Source of the DNA: Chloroflexota bacterium
GTDB taxonomy: Bacteria; Chloroflexota; Dehalococcoidia; UBA2979
Length of the DNA stretch: 64,000 bases
Assembly: GCA_027593235.1 (NCBI GenBank)
Contig: JAQCIU010000003.1
Span: forward strand, 77,844 to 141,843
Reading direction: 5' to 3'
Within the stretch, counting starts at the first letter, position 1; each line of letters begins with the position of its first letter. Under the pieces are notes generated by a model, which had not been told where the DNA came from, searched no databases, and worked only from the letters and a program-made list of their open reading frames with translations. Of the stretch, positions 29,670 to 38,043 are shown piece by piece. The position numbers and the translations under genes were made by a program.

Positions 29670-29852
29670 GGGGTTGGATCGGGCCGGATTGACTGGCCGA
29701 ACTGACGGCTGGTCCGCGCGAAGCGGGGCGCCCGTGTAATATCGCGACGCGTGGCTCGTACCGGATGTCGGCTGTTGCCGCCTCGACGAGACCGAGACAC
29801 AAGAACGACGCAGACCGACGCATGGATACGACGAAGAAGCGGGGGATAGACC

Positions 29853-31517
29853 GTGGCAATGATCAGCGGACATCAGATCATCGCGAAGGCCCTGAAGACT
29901 CAGGGTGTAGAGAACATGTACGGGGTGGTTGGCATCCCGGTCGCCGTGATCGCCTACTCGGCGCAGCGCGAGGGCATCAACTACGTCGGCATGCGGCACG
30001 AGATGCCGGCGACGTACGCGGCGCAGGCCAGCTCATACCTCAGCGGTCGCATTAGCGCGGCGCTGGTGGTCTCCGGACCGGGCGCGCTGAACGCGGTTGG
30101 CGCGTTCGCGAACGCGTGGTCGAACCGCTGGCCGCTGCTGCTGTTGGGCGGCGCGGGTGAACAGAGCGGCGTGGACATGGGCTTCTTCCAGGAGTCCGAG
30201 CAGGTCGCCGCAATGGCGCCGTACGCGAAGTACGCGAAGCGCGCCGAGAAGATCGAACGACTGCCGATTTACATCGCCGAGGCGGTGAAGAAGTCGATCA
30301 TGGGTGTGCCCGGGCCGTCCTACATCGACCTGCCGGGCGATGTGATCGCCGGCGAGGTGGACGAGGACCTGGTGCAGTGGGCACCGCGCGTTCCGGATCC
30401 GAAGCGGCTGATGTCCGACCCGCAGGACGTGGTCGCGGCGATTGAGGCGCTGAAGACGGCCGAGCAGCCGTTGATCATCTTCGGCAAGGGCATCGCGGCT
30501 TCGCGTGCCGAGGCGGAGATGCGCCGGTTCGTCGAGGCGACCGGGATCCCGTACCTGGCGATGCCGATGGCGAAGGGGATCATCCCTGACGACCACGATC
30601 AGGCAGCCGCGTCGGCACGTTCATTCGTGCTGTCGAACGCCGACCTGATCTTCCTGGCCGGCGCGCGGCTGAACTGGATGCTGCACTTCGGCCACGCGCC
30701 GCGCTTCCGCAAGGACGTGCGGATCGTTCAACTGGACTTCAACCCCGAGGAGATCGGGGTGAACGTGCCGTCCGAGGTGGCGCTGATCGGCGACGCGAAG
30801 GCGACGCTGGGTCAGATGCTGGACGTGCTGGATCAGAGCCCGTGGCAGTTCCCGCAGGACTCCGAGTGGCTCCAGTCGGTGAAGGCCGAGGGCCGGCAGA
30901 ACGCCGAGGCGATCGAGGCGATGTATGCCGATCACTCGACGCCGCTGCAGTACTACCCGGCACTGAAGTCGATCGACAATGCGCTGCCGAACGATGCGAT
31001 CATCGTTGCCGAGGGCGCCTCGACGATGGACATCAGCCGCACGGTGCTGAACAACTACCTGCCACGGACGCGCCTGGACGCCGGTTCGTACGGCTCGATG
31101 GGCCTCGGACATGGCTTCGCGGTTGCCGCGCAGGTGGAGAACCCGGGCCGCAAGGTGCTCTGTCTGCAGGGCGACGGTGCGTTCGGCTTCGCCGGCACCG
31201 AGTGCGAGGTGGCGGTCCGTTACAAGCTGCCGATCGTCTGGGTCGTCTTCAACAACGGCGGCATCGGCGGTCACACGCAGGAGCAGATCGACAGCGAAAT
31301 GCCCCCTCCCGGTGCGATGAGCCCGGGCGCCCGCTATGACCTGATGATGGAAGCGCTGGGCGGCAAGGGTTACCAGGCCGAGACGATCGAGGACCTGGAC
31401 AAGGCGCTGGCCGAGGCGCTGACGCTGAAGGGCCCGTCGCTGATCAACGTGCCCATCGCGCACGACGCGAAGCGCAAGCCGCAGAAGTTCGGCTGGCTGA
31501 CGAGCGCCGCGCACTAG
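29853..31517 (+). CDS. TPP-dependent 2-hydroxyacyl-CoA lyase (oxalyl-CoA decarboxylase superfamily)
   Basis: YGVVGIPV, MRHE, VSGPG, GDGAFGF...NN TPP motif; C-terminal RKPQKFGWLT resembles HACL rather than OXC. Confidence 0.85.
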   Translation: MAMISGHQIIAKALKTQGVENMYGVVGIPVAVIAYSAQREGINYVGMRHEMPATYAAQASSYLSGRISAALVVSGPGALNAVGAFANAWSNRWPLLLLGGAGEQSGVDMGFFQESEQVAAMAPYAKYAKRAEKIERLPIYIAEAVKKSIMGVPGPSYIDLPGDVIAGEVDEDLVQWAPRVPDPKRLMSDPQDVVAAIEALKTAEQPLIIFGKGIAASRAEAEMRRFVEATGIPYLAMPMAKGIIPDDHDQAAASARSFVLSNADLIFLAGARLNWMLHFGHAPRFRKDVRIVQLDFNPEEIGVNVPSEVALIGDAKATLGQMLDVLDQSPWQFPQDSEWLQSVKAEGRQNAEAIEAMYADHSTPLQYYPALKSIDNALPNDAIIVAEGASTMDISRTVLNNYLPRTRLDAGSYGSMGLGHGFAVAAQVENPGRKVLCLQGDGAFGFAGTECEVAVRYKLPIVWVVFNNGGIGGHTQEQIDSEMPPPGAMSPGARYDLMMEALGGKGYQAETIEDLDKALAEALTLKGPSLINVPIAHDAKRKPQKFGWLTSAAH

Positions 31518-31547
31518 CGTAGGGCGTACGCGAACTGAATTGAGCAG

Positions 31548-31575
31548 GAACGCGGTGGGGAGACCCACCGCGTTC
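31548..31575 (+). terminator. GC-rich hairpin between HACL and acyl-CoA dehydrogenase genes
   Basis: GAACGCGGTGGG-GAGA-CCCACCGCGTTC 12-bp stem with GNRA loop; no U-tract. Confidence 0.5.
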
Positions 31576-31617
31576 GCTGTAGGCTCAGAAGGTGCGCAAC
31601 CCTCGAAAGGTGACCTC

Positions 31618-32823
31618 ATGGACCTGGCCGACGCCCCTACCGAGGCGGCATTCCGACAAATCGTCAAAGACTTCATCGCCGAGCACGGCGACAAGGGCCG
31701 CGGGCGCGGCGGTCGTGGTGGCGGCGGCGGCGGTGACGAGGAGAGCGGCTGGTCCAAGGACGCGCGCGCGAAGGGGCAGTCGTGGCGTGAGGCGCTGGTC
31801 GGCCGCGGCTGGATCGCCCCGGCATGGCCGAAGGAATACGGCGGCGCCGGCCTCTCCGTGAAAGAGCAGTTCATCCTCAACGAGGAGCTGGCGGAAGCCG
31901 GCCTGAGCAACGTCGGCGGGTTCGGCGTGATGATGCTCGGCCCGACCGTGATGGTGCACGGCACCGAGGAACAGAAGGCCGAGATCCTGCCGGCGATCCT
32001 CGCCGGCGAGGTGATGTGGTGCCAGGGCTGGTCCGAGCCGGGGGCCGGTTCAGACCTCGCGTCGCTGCAGACGCGCGCGGCGCGCGACGGCGACGAGTAC
32101 GTGCTCAACGGCCAGAAGATCTGGACGACCGGCGCGCAGCACGCGGACCGGATGTACATGCTTGCCCGTACCGATCCGGACGCGCCGAAGCACCGCGGCA
32201 TCTCGATGCTGATGCTGGGGATGCAGGATCCGGGCGTGAGCGTGCGTCCGCTCACGACGATGGCGAACACACAGACGTTCAATGAGGTGTTCTTCGAGGA
32301 CGTGCGCGTGCCGGTCTCGAACCGAATCGGCGAGGAGAACCGCGGCTGGTACGCGGGGATGACGCTGACGGACTTCGAGCGCTCCGGCATCGGCAACTCG
32401 GTCGGCACGCAGCGCGCGCTGCAGGGCACGCTCGCTTACGCGAAGCAGGCACCCGAGCAGGAGACGATCCTGAAGCGGAGCAGCACCTGGCGCCTCGACT
32501 TCGTCGACCGCTGGGTGGAGGCGGATATCGCGCGTCTGTTCTCGCACCTGAACAACAGCATCCAGGATCGCGGCATGGTGCCGAACCATGAGGCGTCGAT
32601 GTCGAAGCTGTTCACGACGGAGCTGAGCCAGAAGATCGCACGTACGAACCTCAAGCTGTTAGGGCTCTACGGGAACGTGTGGGACCGCAATCGCCGCGAG
32701 GCGATGAAGGGTCGCGCGGCCGGCGGGTTCCTCGCGGCCGTGTCGGCGACGATCGCGGGCGGCACCTCGGAGATCCAGCGCAACATCATCGCGACGCGCG
32801 GCCTAGGCCTCCCCCGCGGCTAG
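31618..32823 (+). CDS. acyl-CoA dehydrogenase
   Basis: WCQGWSEPGAGSDLASL, NGQKIWT, FNEVFFEDV, IAGGTSEIQRNII; ATG 31618 with AAGGTG RBS. Confidence 0.95.
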   Translation: MDLADAPTEAAFRQIVKDFIAEHGDKGRGRGGRGGGGGGDEESGWSKDARAKGQSWREALVGRGWIAPAWPKEYGGAGLSVKEQFILNEELAEAGLSNVGGFGVMMLGPTVMVHGTEEQKAEILPAILAGEVMWCQGWSEPGAGSDLASLQTRAARDGDEYVLNGQKIWTTGAQHADRMYMLARTDPDAPKHRGISMLMLGMQDPGVSVRPLTTMANTQTFNEVFFEDVRVPVSNRIGEENRGWYAGMTLTDFERSGIGNSVGTQRALQGTLAYAKQAPEQETILKRSSTWRLDFVDRWVEADIARLFSHLNNSIQDRGMVPNHEASMSKLFTTELSQKIARTNLKLLGLYGNVWDRNRREAMKGRAAGGFLAAVSATIAGGTSEIQRNIIATRGLGLPRG

Positions 32824-32897
32824 GGGTCTTTGACCCCATTTTCTTCCCTTCGGGGTTGGTTGAGGGTGTTTGGAGGGCCGCCGTGAGGCGGCCTTCT
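32821..32897. repeat. composite palindromic repeat, copy A
   Basis: GGGGTC-TTT-GACCCC; CCC-TTCG-GGG; GAGGGCCGCC-GTGA-GGCGGCCTTC; same order as copy at 33736. Confidence 0.6.
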
Positions 32898-32952
32898 TGC
32901 TGTTCGTTCCCAATTCGCGGTTTGAGGTCGGGGGTGTATTGCGTCTGTGGTG

Positions 32953-32980
32953 ATGATGCATGCATCATGCAATAATTGCA
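32953..32980. promoter_or_regulatory. AT-rich operator-like palindromes upstream of cupredoxin gene
   Basis: Perfect 16-bp ATGATGCATGCATCAT (32953-32968) and TGCAAT-A-ATTGCA (32968-32980). Confidence 0.55.
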
Positions 32981-33009
32981 ATGAAAGTGCATGACTTGAG
33001 GATGAGTCG

Positions 33010-33738
33010 ATGGACGGCGTGGATTCGGTAAACGCGGCGCGGCAGTGGCGCCTGCTTGAGGTGTTTGGACTGGCGGCGGTCGGGGTCTCGCTGTTCGCGG
33101 TGATGGTGATTAACGCGACGGTCATTCCGCCGGTGCTGATCTTTGGGATCATCTATCTCGCCCTCGGGTATGCGGTCTACCGCTGGATCGACCGCCCTCG
33201 GGTAGCGCTTGCCGCGGCGGTGCTGGGGTTGCTGGGTTTGCTCGGGAATGTGCCGTTCTTGATCGAGGATCTCGCACACCTCGACTCATGGGGATCGTTC
33301 GCTCCCAGCGCGGTGTCGGTGGTCCTCGGCGTGACGGGGATTATCGCGGGGCTGATTAGCTACTTCTTACCCTCGATGGCTGGCAGCCGTCCGTTCGGCC
33401 TCGCGGCCGTGGCGCTTGCGGTGGTCGTGGCGGTGGGGTCGGTCGGCGCGTCGCTGTCGGCGAGCAGCGATGCCGCCGAGGCGGGCGACGTGGAGGTGCT
33501 CGCGAGTGGGGTGGAGTACCCGGAAACGCTGGCGGCGGATGCCGGGCTGATCGCCTTTCACCTGAGAAACGAAGACCTCGTTCGCCACACCTTCGTCATC
33601 GGGACCGCGGACGTGAAGCTCGAGGTTCCGGCCTCGAAGGATCGGCGGGTCGAGGTGGAGCTTGCCGCCGGCGAGTACCGCTACATCTGCGACGTCCCGG
33701 GCCACGAGCGGATGGAAGGCACTCTCACCGTCCGCTAG
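33010..33738 (+). CDS. multi-TM membrane protein with C-terminal cupredoxin (type-1 Cu) domain
   Basis: About 5 TM helices, then RHTFVI and YICDVPGHERMEG (His, Cys, His, Met ligands). Confidence 0.85.
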   Translation: MDGVDSVNAARQWRLLEVFGLAAVGVSLFAVMVINATVIPPVLIFGIIYLALGYAVYRWIDRPRVALAAAVLGLLGLLGNVPFLIEDLAHLDSWGSFAPSAVSVVLGVTGIIAGLISYFLPSMAGSRPFGLAAVALAVVVAVGSVGASLSASSDAAEAGDVEVLASGVEYPETLAADAGLIAFHLRNEDLVRHTFVIGTADVKLEVPASKDRRVEVELAAGEYRYICDVPGHERMEGTLTVR

Positions 33739-33856
33739 GGGGTCTTCGACCCTCGATGACCCTTCGGGGCTGTTTGAGTGGGCTAGGGGTGCTGGGGCGT
33801 GACTGTTGCAGAGGCTGTGGGTGTCTGAGAGGAGGCCGCCCATTGGGCGGCCTCCT
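33736..33856. repeat. composite palindromic repeat, copy B
   Basis: GGGTC-TTC-GACCC; CCC-TTCG-GGG; AGGAGGCCGCCC-ATT-GGGCGGCCTCCT. Confidence 0.6.
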
Positions 33857-33944
33857 GCGTGGCGATGCGGGGCGGGTGCGCGGGAGCGGACGCGGACGCG
33901 GACTTGCTATCGTCACCGCCACGAGCGTTCCGAGGAGTACCGCG

Positions 33945-34850
33945 ATGCCCTACCGTCCGATGCCCGAATACCAGACTGGTCCCGTGGAGCTGGGCGACAA
34001 CCTGTACGCCTACATGCAGTGGAACGGTGGCTGGGGGATCAGCAACGCGGGGTTCCTCGTTGATGACGACGGGATTCTGGTGATCGATGCGCTGATGGCG
34101 CCGAGCATGACTCGGAAGTTCGTGAGGGCGATGCGGGAGGTGAGCACGGCGCCGTTCCGGCACCTGGTGAACACGCACATGCACGCGGATCACACGAACG
34201 GGAACCAGTTCATCGAAGGCGCCGAGATCGTGGCGAACGAGCATTGCCGCGAGGAAATGCAGGCCGCCGAGGTGTTCGCGGCCGCCCAGGCCGCGAAGCG
34301 GGCGCCGGGGGATCGCGGGGCGAAGCCGTTCTGGATCCAGGAGTCGTGGTGGGACGAGCTGGCGGAGGTGAAGTCGACGCTGCCGGTGACGACGTTCTCT
34401 GATCGGCTGACCTTGCACTATGGCGACACCGAGGCGCAGCTCTCGCACCACGGGCCGGCGCACACGCTGGGCGACTCGCTGGTCTACTTCCCCGACTCGA
34501 AGACGCTGTTTAGCGGCGACCTGTGCTTCTTCTACGCGACGCCGTTATCACGCGGTCACATGCCGAACTGGGTCGAGGTGTGCAAGATCATCGGCGGGAT
34601 GGACATCGACCGCGTGATCCCGGGGCACGGGCCGATCGGCGGCAAGCAAGAGTTGCAGGACATGCAGGAGTACCTGGAATTCATGGTCGCGCAGACGCGC
34701 GACGCCTTCGAGAACGGGCTCTCCGAGGCCGACGCGGCGAAGTCGATCGACATCGGCCAGTGGGCACAGTGGCCCGAGGCCGAACGCAAGGAGATGAACA
34801 TCGCCAACCTGTACGCGACCTTCGCCGCAGAGAGAGCAGGGACCTCGTGA
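33945..34850 (+). CDS. MBL-fold metallo-hydrolase (cyclase-like)
   Basis: SNAG, NTHMHADHTNGN, AHTLGD, FSGDL, IPGHG; GAGGAG RBS before ATG 33945. Confidence 0.9.
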   Translation: MPYRPMPEYQTGPVELGDNLYAYMQWNGGWGISNAGFLVDDDGILVIDALMAPSMTRKFVRAMREVSTAPFRHLVNTHMHADHTNGNQFIEGAEIVANEHCREEMQAAEVFAAAQAAKRAPGDRGAKPFWIQESWWDELAEVKSTLPVTTFSDRLTLHYGDTEAQLSHHGPAHTLGDSLVYFPDSKTLFSGDLCFFYATPLSRGHMPNWVEVCKIIGGMDIDRVIPGHGPIGGKQELQDMQEYLEFMVAQTRDAFENGLSEADAAKSIDIGQWAQWPEAERKEMNIANLYATFAAERAGTS

Positions 34851-35701
34851 CCGCCGACGCAACAGTGACGATTGGATTGCTCCACCCCGGGCAGATGGGC
34901 TCCTCGATCGGTGCGGCGGCGAAGGCGTCCGCCTCGCGCGTGGTCTGGGTCTCCGAGGATCGCAGCGCGGCGAGCCGCGAGCGGGCGAAGGCCGATGGGT
35001 TCGAGGACGTTTCGTGGCTGAACGGGATGGTCAACCAGAGCCGGATCATCCTGTCGGTCTGCCCGCCCGAGTTCGCGATTGAGCTGGCCGCCGAGGTGCA
35101 CGCCCTGGGTTTCCGCGGTGTCTACGTCGACGCCAACGCGATTGCGCCGGAGACGAGCCGCCACATCGCGGAGATCGTGGCGAAGAACGGTGGGCAGTAC
35201 GTAGACGGCGGGATCATCGGTTCGCCGGCGCGAGAGCCCGGCACCACGCGGATGTACCTCTCCGGCGAGCAGGCGCCGTTCGTCTCGCAGTTCCTCGACA
35301 AGGGGAACCTCGAGGTGATCTGCATCGAGGGCGGAGCGGGCGCGGCGTCCGCACTGAAGATGGCGTACGCGGCTTGGACGAAGGGGACGAGCGCTCTCCT
35401 CGCCGACATCCACGCGCTGGCCCTCGCGGAGGGCGTGCACGAGCCGCTGATGGCGGAGTGGCAGCGCTCCCAGCCCGAATTGCTCGCTCGATCCGACCGA
35501 GGGCTCTCCGGGGCTGCGGCGAAGGCGTGGCGGTTCGCCGGCGAGATGGACGAGATTGCGGCGACGTTCGAAGCGGACGGGTTACCCGGCGGATTCCACC
35601 GCGCGGCGGCGGACGTCTATCGACGGCTCGCGCAGTTCAAGGACGATCCGAACGCGCCGGGCGGGGCCGAGCTGGCGCGGCACCTGTTGCCGCCTCGGTA
35701 G
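34847..35701 (+). CDS. NAD(P)-dependent oxidoreductase (6PGD-like N-terminus, DUF1932 C-terminus)
   Basis: LHPGQMGSSIG, YVDANAIAP, YVDGGIIG, ASALKMAYAAWTKG, AWRFAGEMDEIA; GTGA overlap. Confidence 0.85.
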   Translation: MTADATVTIGLLHPGQMGSSIGAAAKASASRVVWVSEDRSAASRERAKADGFEDVSWLNGMVNQSRIILSVCPPEFAIELAAEVHALGFRGVYVDANAIAPETSRHIAEIVAKNGGQYVDGGIIGSPAREPGTTRMYLSGEQAPFVSQFLDKGNLEVICIEGGAGAASALKMAYAAWTKGTSALLADIHALALAEGVHEPLMAEWQRSQPELLARSDRGLSGAAAKAWRFAGEMDEIAATFEADGLPGGFHRAAADVYRRLAQFKDDPNAPGGAELARHLLPPR

Positions 35702-35723
35702 CGCGCCGCATGGAAGCGATCGA

Positions 35724-35752
35724 GTAAGGTTTACGTAAGACAGAGCTACAAT
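35724..35752 (+). promoter_or_regulatory. promoter of Rieske-like operon
   Basis: GTAAG-N6-GTAAG direct repeat (11-bp period) just upstream of TACAAT -10 at 35747-35752. Confidence 0.5.
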
Positions 35753-35773
35753 GGCGGGAGTGGAGGTCGCGCG

Positions 35774-36250
35774 ATGTTCGCGACTGCGACTCCTCGGAAC
35801 TCACGGCGGCGCCCGGTCGGGCGCCCGGCACTCTTGCTTCTCGGAATTGGCGCTCTCCTCGTAGCTGGCGTGTTCACCACAGCGGCTGCCGCGTACGCGT
35901 GGCCGGACGATCCGTGGCCGCCAACGCGCACGACGATCGTCGGCCAGTCGGAGGAGTTCACACCGGGGACGGTCACCTACCTCGGCGATCTGGGCGTTGT
36001 CGGGTACCTCGCACGGCTTGAGGACGGGGAGTTCCTGGCATTCGACCGTCAGGAGCCGGTGTTCGGCTGCACGCTGGTCTGGGGGCGACCTGGCTCCGCT
36101 GGTTTCAGCGATCCCTGTCATGGCTTTGAGTACGACATCAGTGGCGAGCCCGTTGGCGGCAATCCGATCCTGAAGCCGATGGACCGGTTCGAGGTACACA
36201 TCGACCGGTACGGCACCATCCGCGTGGTTCAGCCGGTGGAGGCACCGTGA
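35774..36250 (+). CDS. membrane-anchored degenerate Rieske-fold protein 1
   Basis: TM anchor; EPVFGC and DPCHG at Rieske box I/II positions, then YDISG...PMDRF; GGAGG RBS. Confidence 0.7.
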   Translation: MFATATPRNSRRRPVGRPALLLLGIGALLVAGVFTTAAAAYAWPDDPWPPTRTTIVGQSEEFTPGTVTYLGDLGVVGYLARLEDGEFLAFDRQEPVFGCTLVWGRPGSAGFSDPCHGFEYDISGEPVGGNPILKPMDRFEVHIDRYGTIRVVQPVEAP

Positions 36251-36900
36251 GCGCGTGGTCCCTCGAAGCGAGTCGCGCACCTCGAGGGCTGCGCCCCTTC
36301 GTGCTCGCGGGGGCGGGCGCGTTCCTCGTGGTGGTGATCGCGGTGGGGGCGTGGCGCTTTGTCTCGCCGCCCGACAGCGCGAGCGCGCTGAGTGCGGTTC
36401 GCCTGGCACCGGCGAGTGACTTCGCACCGGGGTCGATAACGGCGTACCGGATCACCTCGGAGGGTGAAATCGCTGCGGTGTTGAGTTCCCGTGCCTATCG
36501 GGACACGGTCACTGCATCGGGCGGGCGCCCGACAGGGACGACGCTGTTCTACGTGGTCCGGTTGCCGGATGGTGACTTCCGGGTGCTCTCCGGGCGAAGC
36601 ACTCACCTGGGCGGTGCGGTGGTCTGGGATACCACGGGTGTTCCGTGGTCGAACGCCGCGTATGTCGGTGTGTTCATAGAGCCGGCACACAGCGAACAGT
36701 GGACCATCGACGGAACGCGCTTCTATGGTCCCGCGCCGCGCGACCTCGATCGCTACGAGTGGCAGATCGACGACGGCGGTGTGCTGGTGATCGATCTGAG
36801 CGAGGTGGTGCCGGGAGCGCGCGGATCGGTCGCGCCGCCGCTGTATGACGTAAACGACCCTGGGTGGCCCACCTCGGGGTGGCCCTCGCGTCTCGACTGA
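36247..36900 (+). CDS. membrane-anchored Cys-less Rieske-fold protein 2
   Basis: TM anchor; STHLGG and EPAHS boxes, DGTRFYGPAPRDLDRY Rieske Pro-loop; no Cys in protein. Confidence 0.72.
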   Translation: MSAWSLEASRAPRGLRPFVLAGAGAFLVVVIAVGAWRFVSPPDSASALSAVRLAPASDFAPGSITAYRITSEGEIAAVLSSRAYRDTVTASGGRPTGTTLFYVVRLPDGDFRVLSGRSTHLGGAVVWDTTGVPWSNAAYVGVFIEPAHSEQWTIDGTRFYGPAPRDLDRYEWQIDDGGVLVIDLSEVVPGARGSVAPPLYDVNDPGWPTSGWPSRLD

Positions 36901-37532
36901 TGGACGCCAACGCCGTTCGGAGGCGACCGTCCGTTGGTCTCCAGCGGCGGTGGCTTCTTGGAATGGCGGGCGCGGTGGTGCTGGCGGCGCTCGCGGTCGG
37001 TGCTTGGTCGTTCGCGTGGCCGGAATCGACGGAGCGTGATGAGTATGCGATTGGCCCTGTCAACTCGTTCGCCCGTGGGTCGGTCACGACCTACCTGTGG
37101 GTCGCCGGCGGCCTCCGCGAGCTTCCGGTCGGCGAGGTCTACGATGAGCGACCTCCCGGCTATCCCGGTGTCGGTTTGGATCTGGTTCATGTGGTGCGAT
37201 ATCCAGACGGTGACGTGAACGTGTTCTCGGGCGCCGCACCCTTCGGGGACTCGACCGTCCTCTGGTACCGGACTGATTCGGCACCTGATCGGGACGACTA
37301 CGTCGGCCTGTTCGCGGAAGGGCGCCGTGGTTCGCGCTGGGCGTTGGATGGGACGCGACTTTTTGGCCCGGCACCGCGCGGTCTCGATCAGTACGGGTTT
37401 CGCATCCGCGCCGACGGCGTTCTCGTACTCGACCTAAGCCGACGCACTGAGGGTGCAAGCGGACCCTTGGGAACGATTCCCTACGACGTCACATCTCCGG
37501 ATTGGCCTACCCCGGGCTGGCCGTCGCGCTAG
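36900..37532 (+). CDS. membrane-anchored ligand-less Rieske-fold protein 3
   Basis: QRRWLL + TM; APFGDS and EGRRG boxes, DGTRLFGPAPRGLDQY; paralogue of preceding gene; TGATG coupling. Confidence 0.7.
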   Translation: MDANAVRRRPSVGLQRRWLLGMAGAVVLAALAVGAWSFAWPESTERDEYAIGPVNSFARGSVTTYLWVAGGLRELPVGEVYDERPPGYPGVGLDLVHVVRYPDGDVNVFSGAAPFGDSTVLWYRTDSAPDRDDYVGLFAEGRRGSRWALDGTRLFGPAPRGLDQYGFRIRADGVLVLDLSRRTEGASGPLGTIPYDVTSPDWPTPGWPSR

Positions 37533-37602
37533 CGTTCCTTGGCGGAGGCGGTAGCCTCCGCTCGACGCGTCCGAGGTTGGGCGTGGCGACGAGGAGGCGA
37601 CG

Positions 37603-38034
37603 ATGGTGGCGGAGCTGACGACCGAGGAGGCGCATGCGTTCCTCGACAGCCGGCCGGGCTGGATCATCCTGACGACGTTCGACCGCAACGGGTATCCGCA
37701 CACGGTGCCGATCGGCTATTTCCGCGTCGGTGACGAGGTGTTCATCGGGTGTCGCGATGCGACGCAGAAGATTCGCAACATTGAGCGCAATCCGAAGGTG
37801 AGCCTGCTGATCGAGAGCGGATCGACGATGGCGGATCTCAAGGGGCTGATGCTCCAGGGCGACGCGGACGTGGTGCGCGACGACGCGGAGCGGCTGCGAC
37901 TGGCGCGCGAGGGCGCGAAGCAGCGCGGGATGCCCGAGGCCGATTGGCCGACCGAGGTACGGTCGAGCAGCGTCTACATCCGGGTGCGCCCGCTGCGGAT
38001 GGTGAGCTGGGACAACGCGAAGGCCGCGACCTAG
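37603..38034 (+). CDS. pyridoxamine 5'-phosphate oxidase-like (PPOX/F420-type) protein
   Basis: LTTFDRNGYPHTVP, KIRNIERNPKVSLLIE, SWD; GGAGG RBS. Confidence 0.85.
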   Translation: MVAELTTEEAHAFLDSRPGWIILTTFDRNGYPHTVPIGYFRVGDEVFIGCRDATQKIRNIERNPKVSLLIESGSTMADLKGLMLQGDADVVRDDAERLRLAREGAKQRGMPEADWPTEVRSSSVYIRVRPLRMVSWDNAKAAT

Positions 38035-38043
38035 CCGAAGGTC

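Noticed and set aside
29670-29852. Riboswitch (for example TPP) in the leader of the TPP-dependent enzyme
   Set aside because: No CTGAGA or other recognisable aptamer core seen; an Rfam scan would be needed to exclude it fully
31696-31734. Gly/Arg-rich GGC repeat in the acyl-CoA dehydrogenase
   Set aside because: In-frame low-complexity loop in a variable region; no sign of phase variation
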